Origin: Tubulanus polymorphus
Lineage: Eukaryota; Animalia; Nemertea
Length of the DNA stretch: 64,000 nucleotides
NCBI RefSeq assembly: GCF_964204645.1
Contig: NC_134028.1
Coordinates: forward strand, 12,881,263-12,945,262
Direction: 5' to 3'
Shown here: positions 12,002 through 26,000 of the stretch, piece after piece
How the letters are laid out: each line of letters begins with the position of its first letter
How positions within the stretch are numbered: position 1 is the stretch's first letter
Made by a program: the position numbers and the translations under genes
Notes under the pieces: generated by a model
Database searches by the model: none
What the model saw: the letters and a program-made list of their open reading frames with translations, nothing else
What the model was told of the DNA's origin: nothing

Positions 12002-13249
12002 TTAATACATAACACTATCTAATTGTGAATTTACAATATTTAATTGCGCGTCAGATATAATATAAATATGCATTTTAAAATTTTTGATTCCTTTATTCTT
12101 TGTCATGAATAATTGTATTCCATCTTTAGTGTTTTGTAGTTTTTTTCCAGAACCATGTAATGAATTATCCTCTGTTGTTCTAAAATCTAACCATAATGCA
12201 TATTTATTACCGGTATAATAATCAATTTGATTAATATTACAATTTTCAGATGATTTTACTTTTTCATTCATAAAATGTTTTCTAATTTCTGGCCATTGAT
12301 CAATCATTCTCATTCCTTGACAAAATATTTTATTTGCTATTCCTTCGATAGTTATTTCTACTTTTGTTATTTCAGGATTATAATAATTATCAACATTTAT
12401 TGCGCCATTAGTATATGTTGCAATGGTAAAAAATATTAATATGCCTTTAATAGATCTTCTTGGGAAGTTAATATTCTCATTAATTATTTCATCATTTGCA
12501 TTAATAGTTACGGTTTTGAATTTATCAATATAATCATATAATAATGAAAATCCTTGATTGTATTTAGTTTGAATTAAACTTGAAATATTTTCATCAGTTA
12601 CTGTATCATATTCTTAACATATATTCGATAATTTATAACTCATATCTTTAACAACGCTAGATAATACAATTTCATTTACAGGAGCAAATGTTATTTCGAA
12701 TATAACGTCTTCTTGAATTGCGTATTTATATAAAGGTGCATTATTATTTATCAATTCAAAGTCTAATGGAATTTTATATTTGCTTCCATAAATCTTTTTT
12801 ATCAAATTATCTACAGCATTAGTTACTACTGCATTATTGGCTTCAGATCTTAATTTATTTTGGTTTTCTGATTGGATGCCTTGAAATATCATATTATTTC
12901 TATTTTCTTTAGTTAACCATAAATCTTTATAATGCATAAATAAATTATAATCATCTAATGAGAAAACTGTTTCTGGACCAATCTTTATTGTTAACTTTTT
13001 AATCAAATATCTTCCAACATTATCAACAACATAATTATTATTATTACCGGTTACTTTTATATCGGCCGATAAATGAATACTATTTGGAACATAAAAAGTA
13101 TTTTGTGTTAATCGAGGGATTCTAACGTATAAAGTTTCATCGGGATTAATATTTGAAGGGTTATTAGTAATTATATGATGTGATCTTTCTGCTTTAATAG
13201 CATTAGATATTCTATGATTCTTAGAAGGATTGATATAACTCCCACTCAT
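12002..13249 (-). pseudogene. B major capsid protein (double jelly-roll), disrupted
   Basis: About 415 beta-rich codons; aligns with 46425-47672; break near 12614. Confidence 0.8.
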
Positions 13250-14423
13250 TTATTTAACAAAAAAATTAATTATTTATTTTTGATCATGGTTACTTGATAT
13301 TTTTTGATATCATATTTACTAACCCAAAATAATAGCACTTACAACTGTAATTAAAAATAAAATGATATGTTCAGCAGCAAAGTTAATTATGTTTCCTGCA
13401 GATTTCAATATAAAACCAACAATTGATGCAATAACTCCTGGCAATGCTGCAGCAGATTTCTTTGATAGTTCCCATAAATATTTTGCTAATTTTTAGGCCA
13501 GCCGTAGGCTGAGCCTATTACTATACAAATGGAGCGAATTTAAATAACATGGTTTCCACACAAAAGGCTCTTTTGCTTGCCAAGTGAGGGCATATTCGAA
13601 CAAATCACGTATTTAAGCGTAATCCATTCTCGGAATCGTAGCGAGCAGAATTTTGAAATAGGCTTTCATAAAAATGTTTTCTGCATTTTTCACGAAAGTA
13701 AAATCGGGAAAATTTCAATTTTTATCAGCCAATCAGGAAGTTGTGTCTTCCCTGTGATTGGTTTATCTAAAAATATCAGCAGCTGTTCACGTGAATTATC
13801 GTGATTTCATTACTGGCGCTTTTGCGCATGACGTCATGTATCAACACGCGACAATACTTCCGCGTTCGCTACGTGTTCGCTGATTGGCCCATTTACTGGG
13901 AAATTCCACAGAAGCCTAATGTGGTTTGTTACAAGCGCTGTGATTGGCCCGACCCGATTCTGGCACGGCTTTAGCTTAGTGGGTTCGAATCCCTTGACGG
14001 GAGAAGATGATGGATCCTATCGATGCTATCAACAAATAAGTTTCCCGGTTGGGCAGCTGCGTATATCTACCGAAAGTGTTGCGGTTCGATATTTCGAGGT
14101 TTCTTTGAATTTTGGAGTGATATTGAAATCCGGTAAACACCGGCGGTAGATTGTGAAAACCCATTGCTTGATATTTGTATTACTTAATCAACGAAAAGCG
14201 TCGGGGCCGCGCCAGGAGTTTTCGCGATTCAAGTAGCTCAATATCCTACTTCTTCGTGTTCGTCCACCTCCGCAATTTTCACTCCGCCGATCTCTGACAC
14301 GGCTCTGTCGCCGTCGGCGCTGTAATTGCACTATTCGTACCACCAAAATTTTTTATTTCTATATCAGGGAGGTCTGGAGAAAAAAAAAGTCAAAATTTGG
14401 ATATCACATAGGCCTGATTTCAT

Positions 14424-15709
14424 GCAAAAGGTAGAAAGTTTCTAATGTCCGATCGACAGTACCGGTAGCGCCGCTACTTAGCAATAATAAGAACTAATGT
14501 TATTGACGATGTTTTGTTAAGTGGAAAGACGCCGAGTACCAGTATATATCCGATAGGTTCGAATCCCCAATTTCTTCGGGATGATTTGATTTTAAAATAG
14601 CGATCGTTTTAATAGATTTGGTGTACCTTATTAAACTTACCCACCGTCAACACACCTGCCGGATGTGAAACAGGGGACGTCCTATTCCAATGACGCTAAA
14701 GATTTTGTGTGAATTTTATGGTACTGTAACGGCGGTATGAATTAAATTCAGCTTAGACTGAGAGTAAAGTATTTTAAGGCAAACTCTAATGGGCTAACTG
14801 CACATCGTCGAAAGACTTCTCATCCATCGATACTTGATAAAAATGAAATAAAACATCTAGTTCCAATTATCTCATGTAAGCATAACATTTATTTTGAAAA
14901 TCTCAACCATACATCAAAACATTTTAAAGCCTTCTATATCAAATGCAATCTTTTGCTAACATAAACAATAGACAAATGGCCATATCTCTATCATATTAAT
15001 TATATCACGAATGCTAAATATTGCGATATTAATTGAAATCGTTCAACCAACAAATGAATTTAGTTAATAATATCATCACAAACCATTCATATCCTTGGCA
15101 AAGGACTTATAAGCTTTTAGAATATCCAAACAGGAAAACTTGAGTCTCATTTCTATGCGAGTAGAAATACATAATCATTATCTTTGCATTATATATAACA
15201 TCCATATCTGTGCATTATATATATGTTTATAATGTCATATCTCTTAATAATAATCAATCCAATAATTAGATTAATAATACTAATTTATTTATAAATTAAT
15301 AATTGGTAATTAAACTATCAACTCTGCTATAATTGAGTTACACATGAGGTAAAAAAATTATGACATAAAAACTCCTGTCAGAGTAATAGAAGTAACTGTC
15401 TAATACATGAAATAACACATTTTATACAATGAACTGAGCTCTGAATCTGATGAAAATATTCAATCTGAGATCTTACGAATGATGTTATTTTAGCCCTCTA
15501 CTTCTGAAAACTGAATAGCGCGCTGTGAACTTCAACTTCAAAACAAATTTGTTGAACAGCAGTGTATCGAAAAACTGTACGTACAGTGTACCGCGAACTG
15601 AACGCGGCGTCTTCTCACTTTAGAAAATTATCGACTTGACAGATTAGTTCGATTTTCGACCGCAGCGGCGCTATACGACATTGGACAAAAGAAACTTTCT
15701 ACCTTTTGC
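14424..15709. mobile_element. Non-autonomous TIR transposon, Mutator-like
   Basis: TIR gcaaaaggtagaaagtttct; 10-bp TSD CTGATTTCAT; empty site in copy 2 near 31359. Confidence 0.85.
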
Positions 15710-16273
15710 CTGATTTCATCGAATAAGTCGACCATGGTCGTTACGTTTCCGTACTAATTACCACCTAAAACCGTCTCAACAATTTTGTCACAACCAACAT
15801 TTCGTTTACAGAAATCAGGTGTTCACGTGAACCCGCGGTATCGTCTATTGTTTTACTTCCGGGTTTTATTTTAAGATTTAAAATCGTATTTCAAGATCGA
15901 TTTCTATGAAATCTTTAGTTGATTTGGTGTTTGGGAGGAATTTATATTTGCTCTACAGAAAATTCATCCTTGACAATTGCGCAAGGTTCGCAAAAAATTG
16001 CTTTTCCCAAATCGAGTGTATGAACTTGATATGCTAATTAGCCATGTGCTCGAATTGCAAATTCAATCAAATTTTATTCTGCCAAAAAAATGTTAAATCC
16101 AATTCGCTTTCCGAGAGTTAATGGTATGCTGCATGGAACAAAGTTGTTTTGAGATGGGTCTTGAAGCTATTGAGTCGAGAGATAACCATCTAGATAGTTC
16201 GTAAGAGTTCCAAAGATTTGAAGACGCTTCAAGGTAATGTCTTGATATCTGGTTTATACGTGTATCTACCCTT

Positions 16274-16769
16274 GTCTGTCACACATGCTCTTCGTGCGAC
16301 GTTTTGGTCCGTAGTTTCGTTAATAATCGGTTGATCTGTAAATATTATGCATCAATTTGTTCAGTAAGGAATTTGCATTCAGAAATAAATCATGAACTGG
16401 CAGAAATTTGTTTGTGTTTTCTTCTATCAGCAATAGTTTACCTAGCATACGCTCGCGTAATGCTGAAAAACGGCTTTCATGGCCCGTCACGTGGCGCCAC
16501 CTACTGTATTTTGATATGCTAATGAGCAGGTGATGACGTCACTGTAACGTTTCCGAGCGTCCGCGGAGCGTATTTTTCAGCATTACGCGAGCGTATGCTG
16601 AGTAAACTATCGCTCATAAATGAAAACAAAAACAACTTAAGTGAAAATTGTTGTTTATTTCTGAATGCAAATTCCTCACTGAACAAATTGATGCATAATA
16701 AAGGTAGATAAACCGATTATTAACGAAATTACGGACCAAAACGTCGCACGGAGAGTAGGTGTGACACAG
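16274..16769. mobile_element. Fold-back MITE with about 190-bp TIRs, probable TA target
   Basis: Long inverted arms; absent from copy 2 at ccc-TA-gacac (31921). Confidence 0.8.
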
Positions 16770-17233
16770 TAGACACATCTTCAGGCCAAAAACTGGCCCT
16801 GTCAGATTCAAGATGGCCGACTGGCAGCCATTGTTGTTCGCCAAAATCAGCACTTTTTACACATTTTAGAACTTTTTGAGGGAAATTTTGAAGACACTTT
16901 TATCAATAACCTTGATAGTTCGTATATATTTGTATCCCCCAAGGGCCCATCGGCATGAGAAAAATTGGGTCGATCGGACTCAAGATGGCCGTCCTGTGAC
17001 CTTTTTTGTTCCCAAAAATGTTAATTTTGGCCTGAATTCTGAGTCCTGTAGCTTTCTAATGGTGTGCAATTTTTCATTGCAATTTGTAATGGGTATTCTT
17101 TGGAAAGGGATCTTTTATATCCGAGAGGGTATTTTTGACCAGGCAATTATGACGTAATTGGCGGCCATCTTGGGGTCATCAGTACTCATTCGTAGGTGGA
17201 AAAAAAGTTTTGCCACATCATTTTGATACTTTA

Positions 17234-17534
17234 GCATATTTTGCTACCATAATTAATTGGAAAGTCGTAGCTCATGACATGTTCTATGATTGAGGTGAGT
17301 TTCAAGCTCATTGGTTTTTGTTTATGGCCACCAGGGGGCGTTGAACAATACAATAACTTAGTATTTCTATATTACATTCGTACCTATGCATATTTTGCTA
17401 CCACAATCAATTGGAAAGTTGTAGCTCATGACATGGTCTATGATCTTGGTGAGTTTCAAGCTCATTGGTTTTTGTATATGGCCACCAGGGGCGTTGAACA
17501 ATACAATAACTTAGTATTTCTATATTACATTCGT
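17234..17534. repeat. Two tandem copies of about 150 bp inside the HINE (also 32385-32684)
   Basis: gcatattttgctacca...tattacattcg repeated. Confidence 0.9.
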
Positions 17535-18973
17535 TCCTGTTGTCTGTGTTAACACACGATTGTACTATGTAAATGACATTGAGCAGGGAGTGTATATTGA
17601 TAAATATAACCCACAGATTACATCATTTATAAAAAGCAAATCTGACAGGCTGGCCATTGTGCCCCTTGGGGCTCTTGTTTTAAACCATCCTTAACTTTAT
17701 CTTGTATAGAATTATTATCATTCGGGGGTTTATCTGGTTTATTGGGAGTAGGAGTAGATTTCAAAGCATTTGATATAGCTAAACCTATTGTTGTAAATAA
17801 CATAGTTACAGCTGTTAGAATTGAAAGAATTGTTATTCCTTCAAACTTAAATAATAATTTTATTCTATCTTTCAATGATATGTCAGAATTTGGTTTTAGT
17901 ATTAACTCTTTAACAACAACTTTAAATCTATTAATACAATAATCATATGATTTTAATAATAATTTCATTTTTTCTTTCTGAAATTCTGTGTTATATTCTA
18001 AATCATCAATTTCTTTTTCTAAATATGCATTTCTTTTTTTAAATTCAATTTCTTCAATAACTTTAAATTCTCTATCTAATTTTAATTGTTCTAATTCTTT
18101 TCTGGTGTCAAATAATTTATTTTCTAAAGGTTTAATTTTATTATATCTAATATGTTTTTCGCGCGCAATTTTATCGGCTTCATTTCGTATACTTATTATT
18201 TCTCTAATTGTTTTTTTAGAAAACATACTTAAAGCTTCTATTTCTTGACCTGTTGCATCAAGTAATCCATTCGGTAAAAGTTTTTCAGTTTGAACTTCAG
18301 TGTTTGATTTAAGTTTACTAGTTTTTGAAGTTTTATTCTGTTCAGAAGTTGTTTCTGTTTCTGGATTATCTTTGATTGTTTCAAATAACTTATTAATTCT
18401 TTGTTTAAATACTCTTTTATTTTTATCAGTTAATAATTCTTGTGTTACATCTTCTATTTCATTACCATTTCTTATTATTTTAATTCTAGATAGTAATGAG
18501 TGAGACTTAAGCAAAGTTGATTTTGCTACTATTTTGTCTTCATTTTTATTAGAGATATCAATATAATAATCATCTTTCAAATGATAATAATATTCACAAT
18601 CTAAAAACTTTAATTTTTTTACTAAAAATCTGGCGACTTTATCATTTATATTATATCCAGATTCTTTAAATACATGTTGAAATTCATACGTAAATTCATA
18701 ATTTTCTAAATTTTCTCTTTCTAAACCTGGATTTAAATTTTCAGTAGGTATTCTCGATCTTGTTCTTCTATCAAATTTATCTGTTGATGGGGCTTTAGAA
18801 CCACTATCTGCTATATTAGAATTATATGCTGATTCATCATCATTATCAATATTAGTTTCATTAAAATTAGCACCTGCATCATTATAATCATCATCAATAT
18901 ATCCTTCATTATCCTTCCCCTGTTTTCCATTGGAAAATCTTCTCCACCTTCTGCCATTTACATAATACAAAAA

Positions 18974-20357
18974 TTAAAATTTAAAATATAATATTCCTCC
19001 GATTACAATTCCTATACAAGTTATAGCTAATTTAGTATTTTCATGGGATTTATTATCATCATTAGTTTTAATTATATCATGTTGAATAATATCAGTTCTA
19101 TTATTTTCTGATGTATTGTAATCTTTTATTTTAGAATCATTATTTAATTTAATATTATTAGTTTTAGTTTCAGTTGATTGAATGTGTTTTTTATTTTTTT
19201 CACCTTCCATTAATTTTGGAGCAGTGATAATCTTTTTATTTATATCATTCAATCCAAATGAATTATTTATTGTTGCAGTTTTAATTAGATTATTATAACC
19301 AATTATGTTTCCCATCTTTAATACTAAATCATTAGAAATAATTAATAGATTAGGGCCTATACAATAATTAAGCCTTACATGAGATTTATCTAAATAATTT
19401 TGATATCTTATTTTCTGGAATCGATCTATTTTTATCATTATGAATTGAATCTTCAAATAAAACTTTAAATTGTTTTTGTGTATCGAATGATGTATTCAAA
19501 TTTCCAATTATCGGTGATCTTGTTTCAACTTGTGATCCTAGAATACAAATCAAATAAGTTCTAATAGATTGATTTATTCTTTCTATACCTGATTTTGTAA
19601 AACCTTCACTATTTTCTAAAATAAAATAAACCCAACCATTATTGTTTTCTTGTTTTAAATGATCATAAAATTTCGGTAATTTATTGAAATGTAATGTTTC
19701 TAAATCCTTAGTTTCTATTTTACCATAACCTAATTTATTATTATAGATATTATAAAAACTATTAGATGGTATGGGAAGTGCACAATATTCTGCAATCTTT
19801 TTAGGGCAAGGAAGTGATCTTATTGTTCCAATTTTTGTTCTAAAATCAGAATTATTTATATCTATATTAAATTCATTACAAATTTTATAAAACTTTGATA
19901 AATTAATATTATTATCTAATTCTTTAAAATATCTAGATCGTGGTAAAGCGCACTCTAATTCATTTAATATTATTCTGATTTGAAAGTATGTATGAAATCT
20001 AAATAAACTTTGAATTAGTTTATATTTAGAATTATTCAAATGATCATTCCAACTAATTCCACAACCTGTTGTTGAACAATAAACAGCAAAATTTAATTGG
20101 TTCTGCCAATACTTCATATTAGATTTTAATAACCATTGTTTTTCATCTTTCAATTTTTTAAAATTAATTAAATATACATGAAATATATTTTCCATCTTTG
20201 CATTAAAATTATTAGTTTCAGTAACATAAATTTCTAAATTAGTTAATGAATTTAAAACTTCATTTCTATATGTAATATCTTTATTAAAATCTATTGCTGG
20301 AATATTATATTTAATTGATTTATTATATTGGAAAGCTTTTGGAAAACTATCTACCAT
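18974..20357 (-). pseudogene. B conserved virus protein with C-terminal TM (WQNQLNFAVYC family), frameshifted
   Basis: Aligns with 43310-44698. Confidence 0.85.
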
Positions 20358-20373
20358 TTATATAATTAAAAAA

Positions 20374-20817
20374 TTAATAATTTATTAATTCTTTTAATAC
20401 TTTAATGCTTAAATCTTGTTCTTCAACTGTTATATGACCATTTAAACTTATGATATAATCTAGTGTGTTCTTTAATTTATTAATTTCTTTTATATTAGTT
20501 TTAATTTTTTCTTTATTACTTTTTATATTTAATTTTGAACTTATACCGGTTAAAACACTTGAACTTAATCCTAACACACCAATTGATATAGCTAAAGGTG
20601 TTAATGGGCTGAATATTGCTAGAAATATTATTACAGAACTAATTGTAACCGAACCATTTATAATCAAATAATATATAATTTTAGATTTTAAATATTTTTT
20701 CTTTTTTATCTTTAAATCACTTTCAAATTATAATATTTGTTTTTCTAAATATGTTTTTAATTTAGTTTTATTTATATCACGAGGAATAATATCAATACTA
20801 TCAACTTTATCTTCCAT
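20374..20817 (-). pseudogene. B two-TM coiled-coil protein (MEDKV family), internal stop
   Basis: Aligns with 42859-43293. Confidence 0.8.
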
Positions 20818-20837
20818 TTATTTAGAAAAAAAAATTA

Positions 20838-21260
20838 CTAATTAGTAAACTTATAAGCAACAAATATAACAATAACTGTTCCACCTAAAATCCATATTAT
20901 TTCATATTTCTTCTGTTCATTACTTGGGGTATAATAATCTGATAATTTAGGTTTGTATAGATGTAATTTTTCTTTATTGGTTACTGCGTTATATAAACTC
21001 ATTGCATCATCAACTGATTGAAAATCTCTATGTGAATTCTTCTGATTATATAATTCTTTATTGATGTAATCCATATAGTTTTGTCTCTTTTCTCTATATT
21101 CTTCCACAGCTTTATTATATTTCTCTAATGCTAAATTATGTCTTCTTTGTTCTCCTAATGAACTATTTTTATCAATATGTTTAAATAAATAACCACCACC
21201 AGTAAATGTTAAAGCGTTAACAATTGCCGATCCTATAATAGTTATAATTGCAGAAGCCAT
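20838..21260 (-). CDS. B membrane protein (MASAII family)
   Basis: Hydrophobic N- and C-termini; three conserved copies. Confidence 0.85.
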   Translation of the reverse strand: MASAIITIIGSAIVNALTFTGGGYLFKHIDKNSSLGEQRRHNLALEKYNKAVEEYREKRQNYMDYINKELYNQKNSHRDFQSVDDAMSLYNAVTNKEKLHLYKPKLSDYYTPSNEQKKYEIIWILGGTVIVIFVAYKFTN

Positions 21261-21284
21261 TTATTTAGCAAAAAAATTATGTAT

Positions 21285-21506
21285 TTATATGGGAGGAATA
21301 TATTTTTGTTTTTCTAAATAATCAATAGTTAAATTAGATAAAGTAACTGCTAATGTTAATTTTAAAATATCATTTATATCAAATCTATCAACATTAACAC
21401 TTCCCATTTTAAATACTTTTTTTAATACCATTGAATAACCAACAGTTCCAACTGATAGTAATGCTCCATTATATAATCCAGTTATTATCCACTTATTATC
21501 ACTCAT
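21285..21506 (-). CDS. B 73-aa hydrophobic protein (MSDNK family)
   Basis: Identical protein in A, B and C. Confidence 0.85.
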   Translation of the reverse strand: MSDNKWIITGLYNGALLSVGTVGYSMVLKKVFKMGSVNVDRFDINDILKLTLAVTLSNLTIDYLEKQKYIPPI

Positions 21507-21863
21507 TTATTTATCAAAAAAATTACTATCATCAAAATATTTAGTTATCTTATTTATGATTAATTCAACATTTATTTCATTACTAGTTTCATTTGTATAT
21601 ATTTCAATTATTATTTTTTTAATATCATCGATGATAAAATCTTCATCTAATTCATAAAATCTTAAAGATTCTCTAATTAAATTAGTAATCTTTTCTACAT
21701 TTAAAGTTTCTTTATCTATTGTTGTTTCATACTCAAATGTTGTTTCATTAGAAAATGCAATATTTTTAATATGTGTAATTACATCATTAATGTTAAATTT
21801 CATTTCTTTCTCACGTTTAAAATCAAACCCAAAACTTATACTCGGTCCAACAGTTATATTCAT
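21507..21863 (-). CDS. B acidic hypothetical protein (MNITV family, 118 aa)
   Basis: Three conserved copies. Confidence 0.8.
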   Translation of the reverse strand: MNITVGPSISFGFDFKREKEMKFNINDVITHIKNIAFSNETTFEYETTIDKETLNVEKITNLIRESLRFYELDEDFIIDDIKKIIIEIYTNETSNEINVELIINKITKYFDDSNFFDK

Positions 21864-21879
21864 TTATATAATGAAAAAA

Positions 21880-22638
21880 TTACTCTTTACATCTTATAAC
21901 TAATTCATATATTACAGGAAAGTTATTCAAATCAAGTAAATAACCATTATGATTTCTTATTTCTAATTTAAAATTATTAAATTGAGGAATACAAGGTTTG
22001 AAATCACATTCAGTTAAATTATAATTTATTTGCGTTCCAAATTGTTTAACATTTTTCAGCGGTAAAATATTTAATATACTAGAATTACATGTTGTATCTT
22101 TAGTTGCTTCAAATGTTTTTGTAGGATCAATTAAATTGCAATCAATATAAAAGTGTGTAAAAGGTATTATATTTGAAATGCCTTCTACGTTTACTGTAAC
22201 AACATCTGGTTCAATTCCTAGCAATTTAGCTATAGGTTTTTTTACTATAAATGCATGTTGACTTTCATCAAATACCTTTATTTTAATTCTATTTGAGCTA
22301 TCACTTTTTATAAATCTAATTAAAAATTTATCATCTTTTCTAATTTTCAACCGTGCTCTACGATTAATTTCTTGAGATAATGTTTCTAAATTATATAATC
22401 CTGGTCTTAGATAAAGATGAAACCATTTATTTATATTTCTAATATGAATTGAAAAAGTATTATGTTCAATAGTTTTATTCGATATATTGTAAAAAGAATT
22501 ACATAAACTTATATTAACTAATTTTAAATCTACGCAATTTTTATATTCTCTATCTAATTGTACTAATAAATTATGTGATTTATAATTTGTAAGTTTTCTA
22601 GTCTCTACAAATATTCTGTATTCTTTTAATTCCGCCAT
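21880..22638 (-). CDS. B minor capsid (penton) protein
   Basis: NSFYNI..PGLYN..FYIDCNLI..LEIRNHNG.LLDLN..IYELVI pattern of Polinton pentons. Confidence 0.8.
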   Translation of the reverse strand: MAELKEYRIFVETRKLTNYKSHNLLVQLDREYKNCVDLKLVNISLCNSFYNISNKTIEHNTFSIHIRNINKWFHLYLRPGLYNLETLSQEINRRARLKIRKDDKFLIRFIKSDSSNRIKIKVFDESQHAFIVKKPIAKLLGIEPDVVTVNVEGISNIIPFTHFYIDCNLIDPTKTFEATKDTTCNSSILNILPLKNVKQFGTQINYNLTECDFKPCIPQFNNFKLEIRNHNGYLLDLNNFPVIYELVIRCKE

Positions 22639-22655
22639 TTATTTTACATATTTTC

Positions 22656-23009
22656 TCATTCGAAATCTATTTCATGGTGCCCTTTTTCATTCCTACCTTT
22701 GTATACGAAATAGAAATCTCCAGAACATAATTCTTCTAAATCTTCACTTGATAATCTATGAAATCTATCCGGTAAATATGTTCTGAATTTATATGTATTT
22801 CCTTTTAATCCTTCATATTCTAAGTGTATAACTAATTTATCTCCATAGTTATTAGTAACTGTATCAATATTTGTAATTAGATATTTCTTATGGATTGTTA
22901 ATTCTGTTAACTTTTTGAATTTATAATCTACAGATTTTACATTTGTAGTATATTTAATTCTATCTAGAAATGATTTGTTGTTCTCACTGTGCGCTTGTTT
23001 ACTCTCCAT
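22656..23009 (-). CDS. B putative OB-fold nucleic-acid-binding protein (MESKQ family)
   Basis: FKKLTEL..KKYLI..NYGDKLVIHL..YLPDRF; fold inferred; sits next to pPolB. Confidence 0.65.
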   Translation of the reverse strand: MESKQAHSENNKSFLDRIKYTTNVKSVDYKFKKLTELTIHKKYLITNIDTVTNNYGDKLVIHLEYEGLKGNTYKFRTYLPDRFHRLSSEDLEELCSGDFYFVYKGRNEKGHHEIDFE

Positions 23010-23038
23010 TTAAATAACATATTTTTATTAAAATTTGA

Positions 23039-26000
23039 TTAACACGTTAGAATTCTTTTCATTATCTCGTTCTCTTTTGTTTCTTCTCTTTTAAATTTTA
23101 AGTATTCATCTAAATTACAACCATAAGCAACTGTATGAATTCCATCATCTAAAATATATCTTTTATCATCAAATGGGTTTAGACTTATCTTTTCAATTTC
23201 TTATAATAAATATTTCATGATCTTCAGATCTTAAACATCTCATCTTATGTTTTCTAACTTCTTCATTGAATATACAATTGATGTAATCTTTGAAATGAAT
23301 ATTCTTTTCTACTACACTTTTGGTTATTCCTTTTAACTTTTTAGCTTCATGTTCTTTAGTTTTATATGAATACATTTTAGATCTAATACCAATGAATTAA
23401 ATCATTTCTTCACCACCTAATTCATCTTTGAATTTACCGGGAACTTTTTTATTATCATTGCTAAACAATTCATGAGCTTTAGGATAATTACTAAAATCAA
23501 AATGATGTTTTAATGTTTTTAAATCATCAGTTATGTTATCAGTTTTTATCTTTAATATGTAAGAAACTGTATCAAAATATAATATTTCTATATGTTTTTC
23601 TCCAAAAAGTGGTTGTAATACATTATAATAGAATTCATACATTACTAATTTTGATAATTCTAAAACTGAAGCGCCAACATAGATTGGTTTATTAAATTTC
23701 ATTGATGCTCTTCTCATTTTAACTGCGGCTAAATTTTCATCAAATATTCTGTTACCAATGAACTTAGGATATGATTGTAAATGTCTAATTCTTTTACCAT
23801 TACTGACTAACTCAATATCATTTCTATTTCTAATATTTTCACAAGTCTTACCATAGAATGCTTTATTCATTAACTTGAAGAAATCTTTCTCGAAATCAGT
23901 TTTAGCTTCAGTTCTCTGTTTGGTGTTAAAATCTATATATTTTTCTAACCACTTAGATTGACTAAATGAAATATATCTATGTACTTTTTTTAGAATCATT
24001 CCTTGATTCAAATAGAATTTTAACATTCTATAATGTACTACATAATTATATTTATCTTCTTGAGTTACCATTAACTTTTCTGTATGAATATGATTTTCGG
24101 GTTTAATTCTTTTTTGATAATTTGATAATTCTTCATGAGTTACAGTTTTATGTTCTGGACAGTAAGCTAGATTTCTAGATTTAAATTTAATATGTTCAGG
24201 ATATTCTAAATCTACAACAAAAAAGTAACCAGTATCTGAATCATCTGCAATATCTAGAATTCTTTTCTTCCAATCAAATTTATCATTAATTTCATTCTGT
24301 AAAACTTCACTTATTTCAAATACTCCATAAGGTTGTGGTTCCATCATTGCCCAACCATACAAATTATTTGCATCTATATGTAATAACTTATATCCAGGGT
24401 TATCATTTACATTGAAATATCTATCACCTAATACACCTGAAACACCTCCTCTTATAGATTTTTCAAATAATAATAATTGATCTATATTTGTTAACAAATC
24501 CATTTTTATATCTGTAAATTTTAATCCACAATCCCATGTTAATCCTGGTGATGAATAACAATGGCAAGGATCAATATTAAAATATTTTAGGTTTACATCT
24601 CTAAACCTTTCGAATATATCGGTTAATAATAATACATCTGATTTTAAATATAAATCTACTAATTGCCCATGATTTTCTATTTTGAAATGATTCCAAATAT
24701 TCAATGTTCTATTATAGACTTCATCTTTAACATATTCATTTTTTAATTCATCATAAAATTGTTCTTTTAATAATTCAGTTATGTTAAAATCATTATGTGA
24801 TTTATAAAATGAATATGGAATTGCTCCTTTATATCTCATTAATTTGAAATCATCAATATTTGCGTAATGTTGCTTTAATATCTTTAATTCATCATCAACT
24901 AATGATTTTGATAAGTTATCTAATGAACTATTTAAAAATCTATATGAATCTATAAATCTTAAACACCCAAATTGGAATGATATATAATTCTCAGATGTTT
25001 TAGCTAACATTCTAAATTTATAAGTTGGTATTTTATCTTTTGATCTATTTGAATTTAATATTTCTATTTCATTATTAATTTCTTCTATTATATAGCATAA
25101 CTGTTTGATAAATAAATGTGCATCATATCCTGATAGATTATGAAATATAACTGGTACAAAGTTAATTTTCTTAGCTTGTAAGTTACAATTCTTATGTGCA
25201 GCGCCTCTAAACTTTCCGTTCAAATGATCATGGTCTCTTACTTTTTTATCTTTATAATTAAATATCTTTTCACAATAATAACATTTACCTGCAAACGCAA
25301 ATTCTTCTTCATCTTTTTCTGTCATTATAATTTCTATATTTTTATTTAACTTTTCATTAAATCTTATTTCATATTCAATAAATAAGTCACAAAAATGAGT
25401 GATAACATTTTCATTTCTATAATTATAATATTCACTTTTAATTAGTTCTGGATAATCAGATTTAATATATAACCCGAAAGCAGCAGCTGATTGATGAATC
25501 TTTTTAATGGTATTTGTTTTTGGTGGTTCATCTGAAAAATCATTTTCATTAGAATTTAATTTCTTTCTTTTATAATATATTTCTTTTCTATCTTGATCAG
25601 TTAGTTCTTTATTTAATGATTCAAAATCTCCATATATTACGAATGGTACTTTATTTTTGTAATCATATTTTTTGAATTCTAATATTTTATCCTTTTCATT
25701 TGGTAAAACTAATTTACAATAATCATGATTTTCACATAATTGTTTATGATTTAATAACGTACTTTCATTACTGAATCTATGTAAACATTTTCTACATAGA
25801 TATATTTTATGGTGATCATTTTCTGATTTAAAAAATAAATCGATTTGTTTAATCCACATATAATGATTCTCATAATATAGTATATCTATAACATCGTTTG
25901 AATCATAATCTTTTGATAGATATAAAGGTTCTAATGTATAATGTTTTATATTGTTACCTTTTGTATTTGGTAATTTGATTAAATCAAATACATTTATCTT

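Larger units (their letters stand above)
13495..17677 (+). mobile_element. Non-autonomous Helentron/Helitron2-type element (HINE-like), copy 1
   Basis: Inserted in a T-run; 5' aggccagccgtaggctgagcct hairpin; subterminal IR ggccagcc/ggctggcc; 3' gccccttggggc palindrome; near-identical to 30440-32828. Confidence 0.8.
13273..18957 (-). pseudogene. B acidic/coiled-coil protein with C-terminal TM segments (MAEG family), split by a Helentron-type insertion
   Basis: ...KVKDGLK at 17678 resumes as KLAKYLWELSKK at 13494. Confidence 0.85.

Noticed and set aside
13965-13995. tRNA-like GGTTCGAATCCC (also near 14557 and 30927)
   Set aside because: Only a B-box-like motif; no cloverleaf can be built.
13577-17552. 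Short ORFs inside the Helentron-type copies (also 30489-32703)
   Set aside because: No Rep/helicase motifs; they recur only because the repeat is duplicated.
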